Source: an uncultured Flavobacteriaceae bacterium
GTDB lineage: Bacteria > Bacteroidota > Bacteroidia > Flavobacteriales > Flavobacteriaceae
Direction: 5' to 3'
Length of the DNA: 61,235 bases
NCBI GenBank assembly: GCA_963974735.1
Contig: CAXBEL010000001.1
Location: forward strand, 1-61,235
Position 1 is the first letter of the stretch. Each line of letters starts with the position of its first letter. The notes beneath the pieces are model-generated. The model made no database searches and was not told where the DNA came from. It saw nothing but the letters and a program-made list of their open reading frames with translations. This document shows, in pieces, positions 10,825 to 20,198 of the stretch. Both the position numbers and the translations under genes were made by a program.

Positions 10825-11940
10825 TTAATTGTTTAAGGAGTTTACAATAAGTCTTGCTGTATTTCTACTTGCTCCTTGTCCACCTAATTTTTTCTCAAGT
10901 TCCCAGTATTCTATAAATAACCTGGCGCGCTGGTAATCATCTAAAATATGCTTTAAAGCTTCTTTTAAACGATTGGTATTAAAATCTGTTTGAATTAATT
11001 CGGTCACTACCTCTTTTTTCATAATCAGATTAACAAGTGATATAAAGTCGAGATTGATAACTCTTTTTGCTATTTCGTAGGATATTCTACCACCTTTATA
11101 ACAAACCACTTCTGGTACTTTAAATAAAGCCGTCTCTAATGTAGCAGTGCCAGAAGTAACTAACGCAGCTGTAGCCAGACTAAGTATATCATAAGTTTTA
11201 TTCATCACCAGATGAACTTGTTTGTTTTTTAGAAAAGGCTCATAAAGCTCGTAATCTTGGCTTGGAGCACCAGCAATTATAAATTGATAAGATGGGAAGT
11301 CTGGAGCAACAGACAACATCACTTCTAGCATTTTTTGAATTTCCTGTTTTCTGCTTCCGGGTAAAAGAGCAATTAAGGGACGTTCATCAAGTTTATTCTC
11401 TTGTTTAAAAATTTCTGGATTTACCTGTTTTCTATTACTAATAGCATCTATAAGAGGATGGCCAACAAAATGAACAGGGAAATTATGTTTTTTCTCGTAG
11501 AATTCTTTTTCAAAGGGTAGAATTACATACATAGCATCTATGTCCCTTTTAATCGCTTTAATTCGCCCCTCCTTCCAAGCCCATATTTGAGGTGAAATAT
11601 AAAAGTGGTTTGCAAATCCATTCTTTTTGGCCCATTTAGCTATACGTAAATTAAACCCTGGATAATCAACATAAATTATAACATCGGGTTTATAGGCTGT
11701 TATATCATTTTTACAAAAAGAGAGGTTTTTTGCTATTGTTCGCAGATTCATCACCACTTCTAAAAATCCCATAAAAGCTAATTCACGATAGTGTTTTACA
11801 GGTTTTCCGCCAACAGCTTCCATTAAGTCACCTCCCCAAAATCTAAATTCAGCTTGCTTATCTTCTTGAAGAAGGGCCTTCATCAAATTTGAGGCATGTA
11901 GATCGCCACTGGCTTCTCCAGCTATGATATAATATTTCAC
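10825..11940 (-). CDS. lpxB: Lipid-A-disaccharide synthase
   Basis: AGEASGD, DYPGFN, YISPQIWAW, LLPGSRKQE, SGTATLE. Confidence 0.95.
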   Translation of the reverse strand: MKYYIIAGEASGDLHASNLMKALLQEDKQAEFRFWGGDLMEAVGGKPVKHYRELAFMGFLEVVMNLRTIAKNLSFCKNDITAYKPDVIIYVDYPGFNLRIAKWAKKNGFANHFYISPQIWAWKEGRIKAIKRDIDAMYVILPFEKEFYEKKHNFPVHFVGHPLIDAISNRKQVNPEIFKQENKLDERPLIALLPGSRKQEIQKMLEVMLSVAPDFPSYQFIIAGAPSQDYELYEPFLKNKQVHLVMNKTYDILSLATAALVTSGTATLETALFKVPEVVCYKGGRISYEIAKRVINLDFISLVNLIMKKEVVTELIQTDFNTNRLKEALKHILDDYQRARLFIEYWELEKKLGGQGASRNTARLIVNSLNN

Positions 11941-11969
11941 CCGGTTTAATTTAGATGTTATTGTTCAAA

Positions 11970-12785
11970 TTAGCCGTTTAGGTTCCAGCTATTTAATTCT
12001 TTTATAAAATGGTGTGCGGTAAGGTCAAATTGGACGGGAACCACAGATACATATCCTTCCGCCAGTGCCCACTCATCTGTATCCTCACCTTTATCTTCAT
12101 TTACAAATTCTCCTGTTAACCAGTAATAATCGCGTCCCTGAGGGTTTTTTCTTTTGTCAAAGTTTTCCTTCCACTGTGCATTGGCCTGCCTGCAAATTTT
12201 TATTCCTTTAATTTCTTTTTCTGAAAGCTTAGGGATATTCACATTTAGAACAATACCTTTTGCCAAGCCATTTTTTAAAACATTTTTCGTAATACTTTTT
12301 ATATATTTTTTACAAGCTGAAAAATCTGCTGTAAGCGAATAATCCATCAAAGAAAACCCAATTGCGGGGATTCCTTCTACACCGGCTTCCACAGCAGCGC
12401 TCATTGTACCAGAATATATTACATTGATAGACGAGTTAGAACCGTGATTAATACCACTTACACAGATGTCCGGTTTACGTTGCATAATTTCCTGAGCACC
12501 TGCATACTTATGTGCCGCTACTAAAATAGTAGCAATCTTAACACAATCGGCCGGTGTGCCAGAACAACTATATTCTATATGAGACACATTTTTCTTTTGT
12601 TTAATAGGATCACAATAGATGGTATCGCTTACCGTTATGGCATGACCCATACCGCTCTGAGGACTGTCTGGTGCGACTACAACAACATCACCTATGGTTT
12701 TCATTACTTCGATTAGTGTACGTATGCCGGGAGCTGTTATACCATCGTCGTTTGTAACTAAAATAAGGGGTTTATTGTCGGCCAT
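11970..12785 (-). CDS. surE: 5'/3'-nucleotidase SurE, with an apparent 11-aa insertion
   Basis: ILVTNDDG, GTPADCV, SGINHGSN, YSGTMSAA; extra ILVAAHKYAGA after DCVKIAT. Confidence 0.93.
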   Translation of the reverse strand: MADNKPLILVTNDDGITAPGIRTLIEVMKTIGDVVVVAPDSPQSGMGHAITVSDTIYCDPIKQKKNVSHIEYSCSGTPADCVKIATILVAAHKYAGAQEIMQRKPDICVSGINHGSNSSINVIYSGTMSAAVEAGVEGIPAIGFSLMDYSLTADFSACKKYIKSITKNVLKNGLAKGIVLNVNIPKLSEKEIKGIKICRQANAQWKENFDKRKNPQGRDYYWLTGEFVNEDKGEDTDEWALAEGYVSVVPVQFDLTAHHFIKELNSWNLNG

Positions 12786-12876
12786 AAAATTTTGTTTTCT
12801 ATGCGCTAAAATACTAAATTACCCAGCCATTCAGTAGGCTTTGGTTTAACAAATAATTATAAGCCTAACTCTTAAA

Positions 12877-12891
12877 TGGCACGATTTTTAA
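12877..12891 (+). promoter_or_regulatory. Sigma54-like -24 element upstream of prc
   Basis: TGGCACG ATTT TTAA: perfect -24 box but non-canonical -12 (no GC). Confidence 0.35.
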
Positions 12892-12927
12892 TGTAGATTG
12901 CTGAAAAAGATGAAAATGCGAAGTATT

Positions 12928-15060
12928 ATGATAAAAAACTTTAAAGTCTTAGTGTTGGCTCTGCTTTTGGCTTTTGCCTCTTGTAGTTTCACAACTAAAG
13001 ATAGCGACCCAGGAAAAGACAAATTGCTTATAAGCTTGATTTCGTATGTTTTAGAGCGCGGTCACTATGACGCCAAACAATTTAACGATGAATTCTCTGC
13101 TGAAGTTTATAATGATTATGTGAATACATTAGATCCTTTGAAGCGTTATTTTCTTCAAAGTGATATAGATGAATTTGAAACATATAAATCAAAGATTGAC
13201 GATGAGATCCGTGATGAGGATGTTACTTTTTTCAATCTTACTTATGAGCGCTTAATAAAGCGTATGGCTGAGTCTAAAGCTATTTATGATGAGGTCTTAA
13301 AAGAACCATTTGATTATAACGAAGAAGAGTCAATTGATACAGATTATGAGAAGCTTGATTATGCTAAAAACCGTAAGGAACTTAAAGAGCGCTGGAGAAA
13401 GCAATTAAAATTTAGCACGATAGGAACTTATTTTGACAAGGTAGATGAAGAGAAGAAGAAAGTTGAAAAAGATGCTGATTATGTTGCAAAAGAAGATTCA
13501 GTAATTGAGTCTGAAGCTAGAGAAGCAACAAAAACATCTATAAAAGAATATTTTGAATTTGCTGATGAACTTGAGCAAGAGGATTATTTTTCGGTATATG
13601 TTAATGCTATTGTTGAAGAATTCGATCCACATACTTCTTATTTAGCACCTGTAGATAAAGATGTTTTTGATATGCGAATGAGCGGTCAGTTTCAAGGAAT
13701 TGGTGCCCGTCTGCAAAAGAAAAATAGTGAAATACGTGTGACGGAAATTATTTCTGGAGGTCCAGCATGGAGAAGTGAAAAACTGGATGAGGGAGATGTT
13801 ATTTTAAAAGTTAAGCAGGAGGATGAAGATGCAGCTACTAGTATTGTGGGGATGCGTTTAACCGATGCGGTAGAACTTATAAAGGGCCCTAAAGGAACTA
13901 AAGTAACCTTGAATGTTAAAAAGAAATTGGACGGAAGTCTTCAAAATATAACTATTACCCGTGATGTGGTAGAACTTGAAGAGACGTATGCTAAAACATC
14001 TGTTGTAGATAAGGATAATCGCAAATACGGGATTATTAATTTGCCACAGTTCTATTTTGACATGCAGAACTTTAAGGATCGTAATGCCGCCACAGATGTA
14101 AAAAAGGAGATTATAAGACTTAAAGAACAAGATGTTGAAGGCCTTGTAATTGATTTAAGAAATAATGGGGGAGGCTCATTATCTACAGTAGTTGATATTG
14201 CTGGGCTTTTTATAAAGGATGGACCTATTGTTCAGGTAAAATCCAATGGGGAAGACAGTGAAATATTGAAAGACAAGGATAAAGATATCCTTTGGGATGG
14301 TCCATTAGTGATTTTAGTAAATGAAATTTCTGCTTCTGCAAGTGAAATCCTCGCTGCGGCAATGCAAGACTACAAGAGAGCGGTGATTATAGGAAGTAAG
14401 CAAACCTATGGTAAAGGGACTGTTCAAAATGTTTATGATCTTAATCGCTGGTTGCGTGAAAATGATTATGGCGATATGGGAGCTCTAAAAATTACAACTC
14501 AAAAGTTTTATCGCATAAATGGAGGATCAACACAGCTAGAAGGTGTAAAAAGTGATGTTGTGGTTCCAGATCGCTACAGTTATATAGATATAGGGGAAAG
14601 AGATTTAGAAAATCCACTTCCTTGGGATAAGATTAAGGCTGCAGATTATAAGGTTTGGGACGGTTATATTGATTATGAACAAACTATAAACAGCAGTAAG
14701 CAACGTATGGCTAAGAATAAGCAACTACAGCTTATAGAAGAAAATGCTAAGTGGATAAAGAGCAAGCAGGACGATACAGAATGGCCTCTTAGTTTTAAAG
14801 AATATGAGGCTAAAATGGCTCAAAATGAAATGGAATCTAAGCGTTTTGATGCGATGAATGATTATCAGACTAATTTAAGTTATCAATCGCTCCCTTATGA
14901 GACGCAGCTTTTTGAAAAAGATACGGTTTTAAGAGAAAAACGAAATCGCTGGCATGAGAGCCTTGCAAAGGATGTTTATATGGAAGAAGCTGTAAACGTA
15001 TTAGAGGATCTTAAACTCAATAATATTAAGAGAAGTAAGGTAGCAGACGTTCGGGATTAA
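12928..15060 (+). CDS. prc: Carboxy-terminal processing protease (S41, Prc/Tsp)
   Basis: DPHTSY, PDZ region GIGARL, DLRNNGGG, SASASEI, GKGTVQ; lipoprotein-like signal from ATG 12928. Confidence 0.92.
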   Translation: MIKNFKVLVLALLLAFASCSFTTKDSDPGKDKLLISLISYVLERGHYDAKQFNDEFSAEVYNDYVNTLDPLKRYFLQSDIDEFETYKSKIDDEIRDEDVTFFNLTYERLIKRMAESKAIYDEVLKEPFDYNEEESIDTDYEKLDYAKNRKELKERWRKQLKFSTIGTYFDKVDEEKKKVEKDADYVAKEDSVIESEAREATKTSIKEYFEFADELEQEDYFSVYVNAIVEEFDPHTSYLAPVDKDVFDMRMSGQFQGIGARLQKKNSEIRVTEIISGGPAWRSEKLDEGDVILKVKQEDEDAATSIVGMRLTDAVELIKGPKGTKVTLNVKKKLDGSLQNITITRDVVELEETYAKTSVVDKDNRKYGIINLPQFYFDMQNFKDRNAATDVKKEIIRLKEQDVEGLVIDLRNNGGGSLSTVVDIAGLFIKDGPIVQVKSNGEDSEILKDKDKDILWDGPLVILVNEISASASEILAAAMQDYKRAVIIGSKQTYGKGTVQNVYDLNRWLRENDYGDMGALKITTQKFYRINGGSTQLEGVKSDVVVPDRYSYIDIGERDLENPLPWDKIKAADYKVWDGYIDYEQTINSSKQRMAKNKQLQLIEENAKWIKSKQDDTEWPLSFKEYEAKMAQNEMESKRFDAMNDYQTNLSYQSLPYETQLFEKDTVLREKRNRWHESLAKDVYMEEAVNVLEDLKLNNIKRSKVADVRD

Positions 15061-15065
15061 ACCTT

Positions 15066-16184
15066 ATGGCTGAACAAGCAACTTCTTTAACTCAATTAGC
15101 GCTCCAAAAATTTAAAAGAAATTTTTGGGGCGTTTCTAGTTTTGTCTATATCGTCTTATGTGGTTTGGTGGCGCTTTTTGCTTATGTTCTTGCTCCAGAT
15201 GATTCACAGAATGCAAACCAAATGCATCTTTCGATTCATTCCAAAAAACCTGGATTTTCGGTTAAAATGTTAACCGTGCCAGGAGAGCAGACGTTAGACC
15301 AAAGTTTGTGGGATATTTATTTTTTCGGAAAAAAAAATACAGATACAGAGATTCCTATATTGGATTATAAAGTAACAGAAAATGAAGTGGAATATATTCC
15401 ATATTCTGAAAATGGAATTACCGAATTAACAAAATCTGTTGATTTAAACTATTACAGGAAAAATATCGGTGATTGGCATGAAACTAATTTCTCTAATAGA
15501 TTTATTGAAGAAAAAACCTTCCTCTTAGGAACTGATAAATACGGTAGAGACTTATTAAGTCGAATGCTTATAGGCGCTAGAATTTCCTTTAGTATAGGTT
15601 TTGTAGCGGTTCTAATTTCATTAGTCATAGGGATATTTCTAGGAGCGACAGCCGGCTATTATGGAGGTATGGTAGATACTTTTATTATGTGGCTAATTAA
15701 TGTTACTTGGTCCATTCCCACTTTATTATTGGTAATTGCTATTACACTGGCTTTAGGTAAGGGCTTTTGGCAGGTTTTTATCGCTGTGGGCCTTACGATG
15801 TGGGTAGAAGTTGCTAGAGTTGTTAGAGGGCAGGTTATGAGCGTTAAGCAGATGCAATATGTTACTGCCGCCAGGGCATTAGGTTTCGGGAATATGAGAA
15901 TAATAATGAGACACATTATTCCTAACATAATGGCTCCGGTTATTGTTATTTCAGCTGCGAATTTTGCAGGCGCAATTCTAATAGAAAGCGGGTTGAGTTT
16001 TTTAGGAATTGGAGCTCAGCCGCCTATGCCTAGTTGGGGGGCAATGATAAAGGATCATTATTCTTATATAATTTTAGGAAAAGCTTATCTGGCAATTATA
16101 CCAGGATTAGCAATTATGAGTCTGGTAATGGCCTTTATGCTAATAGGAAATGCTTTGAGAGATGCTTTAGATGTGAAGGGGTAA
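15066..16184 (+). CDS. Peptide ABC transporter permease (OppC/DppC family)
   Basis: LGTDKYGRDLLSR, EAA-like YVTAARALG, ESGLSFLGIG. Confidence 0.88.
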   Translation: MAEQATSLTQLALQKFKRNFWGVSSFVYIVLCGLVALFAYVLAPDDSQNANQMHLSIHSKKPGFSVKMLTVPGEQTLDQSLWDIYFFGKKNTDTEIPILDYKVTENEVEYIPYSENGITELTKSVDLNYYRKNIGDWHETNFSNRFIEEKTFLLGTDKYGRDLLSRMLIGARISFSIGFVAVLISLVIGIFLGATAGYYGGMVDTFIMWLINVTWSIPTLLLVIAITLALGKGFWQVFIAVGLTMWVEVARVVRGQVMSVKQMQYVTAARALGFGNMRIIMRHIIPNIMAPVIVISAANFAGAILIESGLSFLGIGAQPPMPSWGAMIKDHYSYIILGKAYLAIIPGLAIMSLVMAFMLIGNALRDALDVKG

Positions 16185-16230
16185 AAAAAACCAACCTGCC
16201 AGGATAGGGGACCTGGGTGATTGGTCTTTT
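16183..16230 (-). terminator. Interrupted hairpin with 8-U tail on the minus strand (probably bidirectional)
   Basis: ACCAA..CCAGG-ATAGGGGA-CCTGG..TTGGT on plus; A8 at 16183-16190 and CTTTT at 16226-16230. Confidence 0.65.
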
Positions 16231-16378
16231 GGCTAATATTACCTAATAAGTAAAAAATAGTATAGAAAATATCACTGCATTAGGGATTACTCGGCACTTG
16301 ACATGAAAAAATGTTTACCTAACCTATATATCTACCAGATAATCTCTAAGCGATTTTTCCTGACAAGTTTCTTTACCT
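16183..16378 (-). ncRNA. Candidate small RNA downstream of the CHAT gene
   Basis: Promoter-like motif at 16386-16416, terminator at 16183-16230, only 5- and 2-codon ATG ORFs between them, four TAGGT repeats. Confidence 0.4.
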
Positions 16379-16385
16379 ACTATAT

Positions 16386-16416
16386 ACTAGTTCTTTTTAA
16401 CCCTGATTTCTTACCC
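16386..16416 (-). promoter_or_regulatory. Putative ECF promoter overlapping the CHAT stop codon
   Basis: GGGTAAGAAA-N13-GAACTAGT; same boxes and spacing as 19905-19935. Confidence 0.55.
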
Positions 16417-19164
16417 TTTAAAAGAATTTTTGCGTGTTAAACTTTTGTTAACAGTAAAAATAGAAAAGATTAAAAATAGTAACGAGAAAATTATTGAAAG
16501 AATCTGCCATAGGGCAAAATCTTGATTGGGTAGTGCTTTTGCATCACCAACCAAAATAAAGGATGCCCAAAAATAAGGAGAGGCTTCACTTAGCTGGTGT
16601 GTATCCAGATAATCTAATTTAGCTTTTCGGAGAGCCTCACTTTTAGTTTTGCCCTTTAATAAATGCTCATAAAAGTTATCCATTAGCTTTGGCGTTGCTT
16701 TATCATCTACTTTCCATAGAGAGGATAAAACACTCTTTGATCCTGAAAGGAAAAACCCCCTTGCCAAGCTTAAAACACCTTCACCAACTTCTTGCTCTCC
16801 TGCATTGGTTTCGCATCCACTAAGCACAACAAGATTAGCATTGTTATAAGTCAAATAGAGTTCATTTAAATAAAGAATAGAATCTCTAAATATAATTCGC
16901 GGTTCAGTTTCATCACCGGCGCTAGCATGAGTTGCTAAATGAATTATGTTGTAATAAGGCAGACTTTTTAAGAAATTACTTTTTGTAGAATTTTGATTTA
17001 AATAAATCTTTTTGTCTTTAAAATTGTCGGCTATGTTTTTGACTTCATCAATACTATGATTTAGGACACTTAGATCAGAATTTAAAAATTCTTTACTTGC
17101 CATACCCAGAAAACTTTTAGAATTGCCTTCTGGTTTGTTTTCAAGAAATGATTTTTGGAAAGACGCACTATAGGTATAACTAATATTATAATCTTTTATA
17201 AGGAAGGAATTTCTAATCTTTTTTGAGGTTATAAAACTTTCAAATGGAATTCCATTAAGGTCATTATCAGGAACGACTGTGATGGTATTTATTTTTTTTT
17301 CAATACTCTGTGGAATTAAAATATGATATAGATTGTTAGCCAGCTGAGTATAATTTTCTAAATCTTTTTTATAAGCAAATGGAATACTTATAGATTTTGA
17401 GAAGGAAGTTATCTTATCAAATAGATTGTCCAAATCATGAATTTCAAAAAAATCAATGGTATTTTTAGAAATATACAAGCCAAAACCATTTTGATTGTCA
17501 ATTAGACTATTTGTATTTTCAGAAGAAATATAATAGGTTAACCAAGCTTCATCGCTTTTTAAATTATTTTGTAATGATTTAATTTGAATGATAGGAGTTT
17601 TGTAGCTTTTGGAATAATCAGGGGCAATTATATTAATGCTGTCTTGTAAAGTTTTGAGCGCCCTTCTGCTATTCAAAAGCTCTATATTAATCAGATCTTT
17701 ATTAGGATGGTTCTTTACTTCAAGATCAATAATAGCTTTCTGCAGCCTTATTTCTTCTTCTTTTAGTTCTTGTGGAATTATTAAAGAGCGTTGAAACTGC
17801 AATTTTTTAATTTCTTCACTAAGTAGAATGGCTTTATTCCGCTCCATAAAGTAAAATCCCTTTTCGGGATTTTTTGCTAAAAAACAGGCTTTAATGGCGT
17901 TTCCGTATATGGCATTACTCTGTTTTCGCCAAAATAATTGAGATTTTAGCTCTTCGTTGGTTTCACTTATCCTGTCTAAGGCCTGATCTGCCAAATCATA
18001 ATAATGAAGTGCTTTATCTAGTAATATGGTCTCATTTGAATTTAAAAAATACGCTAAATATGTATCGGCTAATTGAGGGAATGCTACTACAAGATTATCC
18101 AAATAGTCAGATTGAACATCTAAAGTTGTGTCAAGTCTTTTTATTTTGTCAAAATTTTCATCCGTAAATACATTTAATGCTTTTACTTGATATTTTATAC
18201 TGGTTTCATATTCTTTAATGGAGGCGTAGCAGTAACCTAAATTGCTATTAAGTGCATAAATATAGGAGCTGTCTTTTAAATTTGCAGCCTCCAAATTTTT
18301 CTTATGAATGGAAATAGCCTTAAAAGGTTGTGTGGTATTGTAAAGATTGCCTTTTAAAAGATTTATATATTTAATTTTAGATGAATCTTTAAGCTTACTG
18401 GCCAAGATTAAAGCCCTATTGAAGTAAAGCTCAGCTTTTGGAATATCTAAATGTTCATTTTGATTAAATAACTGACCTAAGCTATAATTAATAAAGTAGT
18501 CTATAGATGCGCTTTTAGGTAAGATTTTAGAAATAGAATCAGCTTGAATAAGACTATTTACAGCTAGATCATGATAGTCTTTGTCTTTTACATTTCTATA
18601 TAAAAAAGAAAGACTTATTAAGTTGGTTCGAAGTGCCCTATCATCGTGAGAGGCTTTGAGAATATTACCAGCTATTTGATAATAATTGATAGCTTTAATA
18701 TAATCATGTCTGTCTCTGTATATTCTACCAATTTGTCCGTACGCCCTAGCTGCAATGGAATTATCAGGAATAGTTTTTACTGCTTTTTCAAAAGCTTCTA
18801 TGCCTTTATCATTTCTATTTAATTTCAGATAATAGAATCCTAAAGTGTAAAGGGTACGTTGTAATAGAGAATCATTTTCTTTTGGATACTCATTTAGAAA
18901 ATTGACTGCTTTTATTTGGCTATTTAAAGCAGCTTGAAATTGTTTATTTTCATACAGGTAGTCGGCATATGAATCGTAAGCTTTAGGTAAAATAGTGCTA
19001 TTTTCCTTTTTTAAATTATTTATAAATTTTTCAATTAGAGAATCTTTTTTTTGAACATCAGAATCTAAAAGAATTTTGAAATCTTTTAAACTCTGACAAA
19101 AACACAATAAAGGAGAAAAAAAAATCCAGATAAAAAGTATTGACTTAATAACTGGATTTTTCAT
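16411..19164 (-). CDS. TPR-CHAT (caspase-like, clan CD) protease with signal peptide and C-terminal membrane anchor
   Basis: N-terminal signal, TPR-like helical repeats, VVPDNDLNGIPFE, IHLATHA (His), VLSGCET (Cys), SSLWKVDD, PYFWASF, C-terminal hydrophobic helix plus basic tail. Confidence 0.9.
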   Translation of the reverse strand: MKNPVIKSILFIWIFFSPLLCFCQSLKDFKILLDSDVQKKDSLIEKFINNLKKENSTILPKAYDSYADYLYENKQFQAALNSQIKAVNFLNEYPKENDSLLQRTLYTLGFYYLKLNRNDKGIEAFEKAVKTIPDNSIAARAYGQIGRIYRDRHDYIKAINYYQIAGNILKASHDDRALRTNLISLSFLYRNVKDKDYHDLAVNSLIQADSISKILPKSASIDYFINYSLGQLFNQNEHLDIPKAELYFNRALILASKLKDSSKIKYINLLKGNLYNTTQPFKAISIHKKNLEAANLKDSSYIYALNSNLGYCYASIKEYETSIKYQVKALNVFTDENFDKIKRLDTTLDVQSDYLDNLVVAFPQLADTYLAYFLNSNETILLDKALHYYDLADQALDRISETNEELKSQLFWRKQSNAIYGNAIKACFLAKNPEKGFYFMERNKAILLSEEIKKLQFQRSLIIPQELKEEEIRLQKAIIDLEVKNHPNKDLINIELLNSRRALKTLQDSINIIAPDYSKSYKTPIIQIKSLQNNLKSDEAWLTYYISSENTNSLIDNQNGFGLYISKNTIDFFEIHDLDNLFDKITSFSKSISIPFAYKKDLENYTQLANNLYHILIPQSIEKKINTITVVPDNDLNGIPFESFITSKKIRNSFLIKDYNISYTYSASFQKSFLENKPEGNSKSFLGMASKEFLNSDLSVLNHSIDEVKNIADNFKDKKIYLNQNSTKSNFLKSLPYYNIIHLATHASAGDETEPRIIFRDSILYLNELYLTYNNANLVVLSGCETNAGEQEVGEGVLSLARGFFLSGSKSVLSSLWKVDDKATPKLMDNFYEHLLKGKTKSEALRKAKLDYLDTHQLSEASPYFWASFILVGDAKALPNQDFALWQILSIIFSLLFLIFSIFTVNKSLTRKNSFKG

Positions 19165-19190
19165 TTTAATTTATAAGTAACCTAATAATA

Positions 19191-19520
19191 TTAATGCTCA
19201 AGTCTATTTTCCTCTTCCAATTGCTTTTCTAACTCCTCTAAATCACAATCACCTCCTGGTCTGCCTGGGTTAAAAATCCATACTTCTTCGTAAATATCGC
19301 TAGGTTGATTTGGTGCCATGCTTAAAAGATAAAATCTCTGAAAATAGTCAGATCTAATGTGGGCAATTTCCTTTCGATTAAGGTCTCTATGGTAACTAAT
19401 AAAAATCATAGTGCCAGATACTGCTTCTTCAGTCCGAATAATTTCAGTAATTTCAGGCTTTGGAGCAAAACTGCATAATGCAATAAATAATAACGGTAAA
19501 ATAATGCTTAATTTTTTCAT
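19191..19520 (-). CDS. Small secreted hypothetical protein co-oriented with the CHAT gene
   Basis: Signal peptide MKKLSIILPLLFIALCSFA; TAAATTTG promoter element at 19544-19551; 26-nt gap to the CHAT start. Confidence 0.75.
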   Translation of the reverse strand: MKKLSIILPLLFIALCSFAPKPEITEIIRTEEAVSGTMIFISYHRDLNRKEIAHIRSDYFQRFYLLSMAPNQPSDIYEEVWIFNPGRPGGDCDLEELEKQLEEENRLEH

Positions 19521-19627
19521 TGTTTTGGATTTTAGGGTTTTAACAAATTTAAAATATTATTTCGGAGAATAAATTTTTTTCTGAAATATAATTTTTTAAT
19601 TTCAAAATCTCAAAAATATCGCCTAGT

Positions 19628-20191
19628 ATGCATATTGAAGACCCTGATTATTTAGAAGGCCTTATTAGAGGAGATAAAAAAATAATATTACAAATCTATG
19701 AATTTTTTTTTCCAAAGGTCAATGGGTTCATAAAAAGCAATAAAGGGACACGTGATGATGCTGAGGATATCTTTCATAACGCGCTGTTTCAAATTACAGT
19801 AAGATATAAACGGGAGAAATTTGAAATTAACACTTCATTTGAAGCCTATTTATTTACCGTTTGTAAAAATTTATGGCGAAAAGAGTTAAATTTTTCTAAA
19901 AAAAGGGTAAGAAAAAACCCTGAAATCGAACTGGTTAGTGTAGAATCGATTACTGCTAAATCAATATTAGAACAGCAGAGATGGGAACTATTTGATGAAA
20001 AATTAGAAGAATTATCTCCTAACTGTAGAGATTTGTTAAAGGCATATTTTAAACAAAAGCCATACGAGGAGATAATAGAAAGTTTTGGTTATGCCAATGA
20101 AAACACCGCATTTCAACGTGTATTTAAGTGTAAGGCTAAACTGATAAAGATCATAAAAGAAGACGATCGCTTCAGAAAATTAATGAAATAA
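19628..20191 (+). CDS. ECF-type RNA polymerase sigma factor
   Basis: Region 2 DAEDIFHNAL...FEAYLFTVCKNLW; region 4 LSPNCRDLL...YEEI...VFKCKAKL; 187 aa. Confidence 0.9.
   Translation: MHIEDPDYLEGLIRGDKKIILQIYEFFFPKVNGFIKSNKGTRDDAEDIFHNALFQITVRYKREKFEINTSFEAYLFTVCKNLWRKELNFSKKRVRKNPEIELVSVESITAKSILEQQRWELFDEKLEELSPNCRDLLKAYFKQKPYEEIIESFGYANENTAFQRVFKCKAKLIKIIKEDDRFRKLMK
19905..19935 (+). promoter_or_regulatory. Putative ECF promoter inside the sigma gene, facing the anti-sigma gene
   Basis: GGGTAAGAAA-N13-GAACTGGT, in the linker between regions 2 and 4. Confidence 0.5.
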
Positions 20192-20198
20192 CTGCTCT

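Noticed and set aside
12495-12527. surE insert as an intein, intron or IS element, or as a copy of the ppiD ILVTYAG segment
   Set aside because: Far too short for those elements; similarity to ppiD is limited to about 10 nt (ATGCAGGTGC) and is compatible with chance
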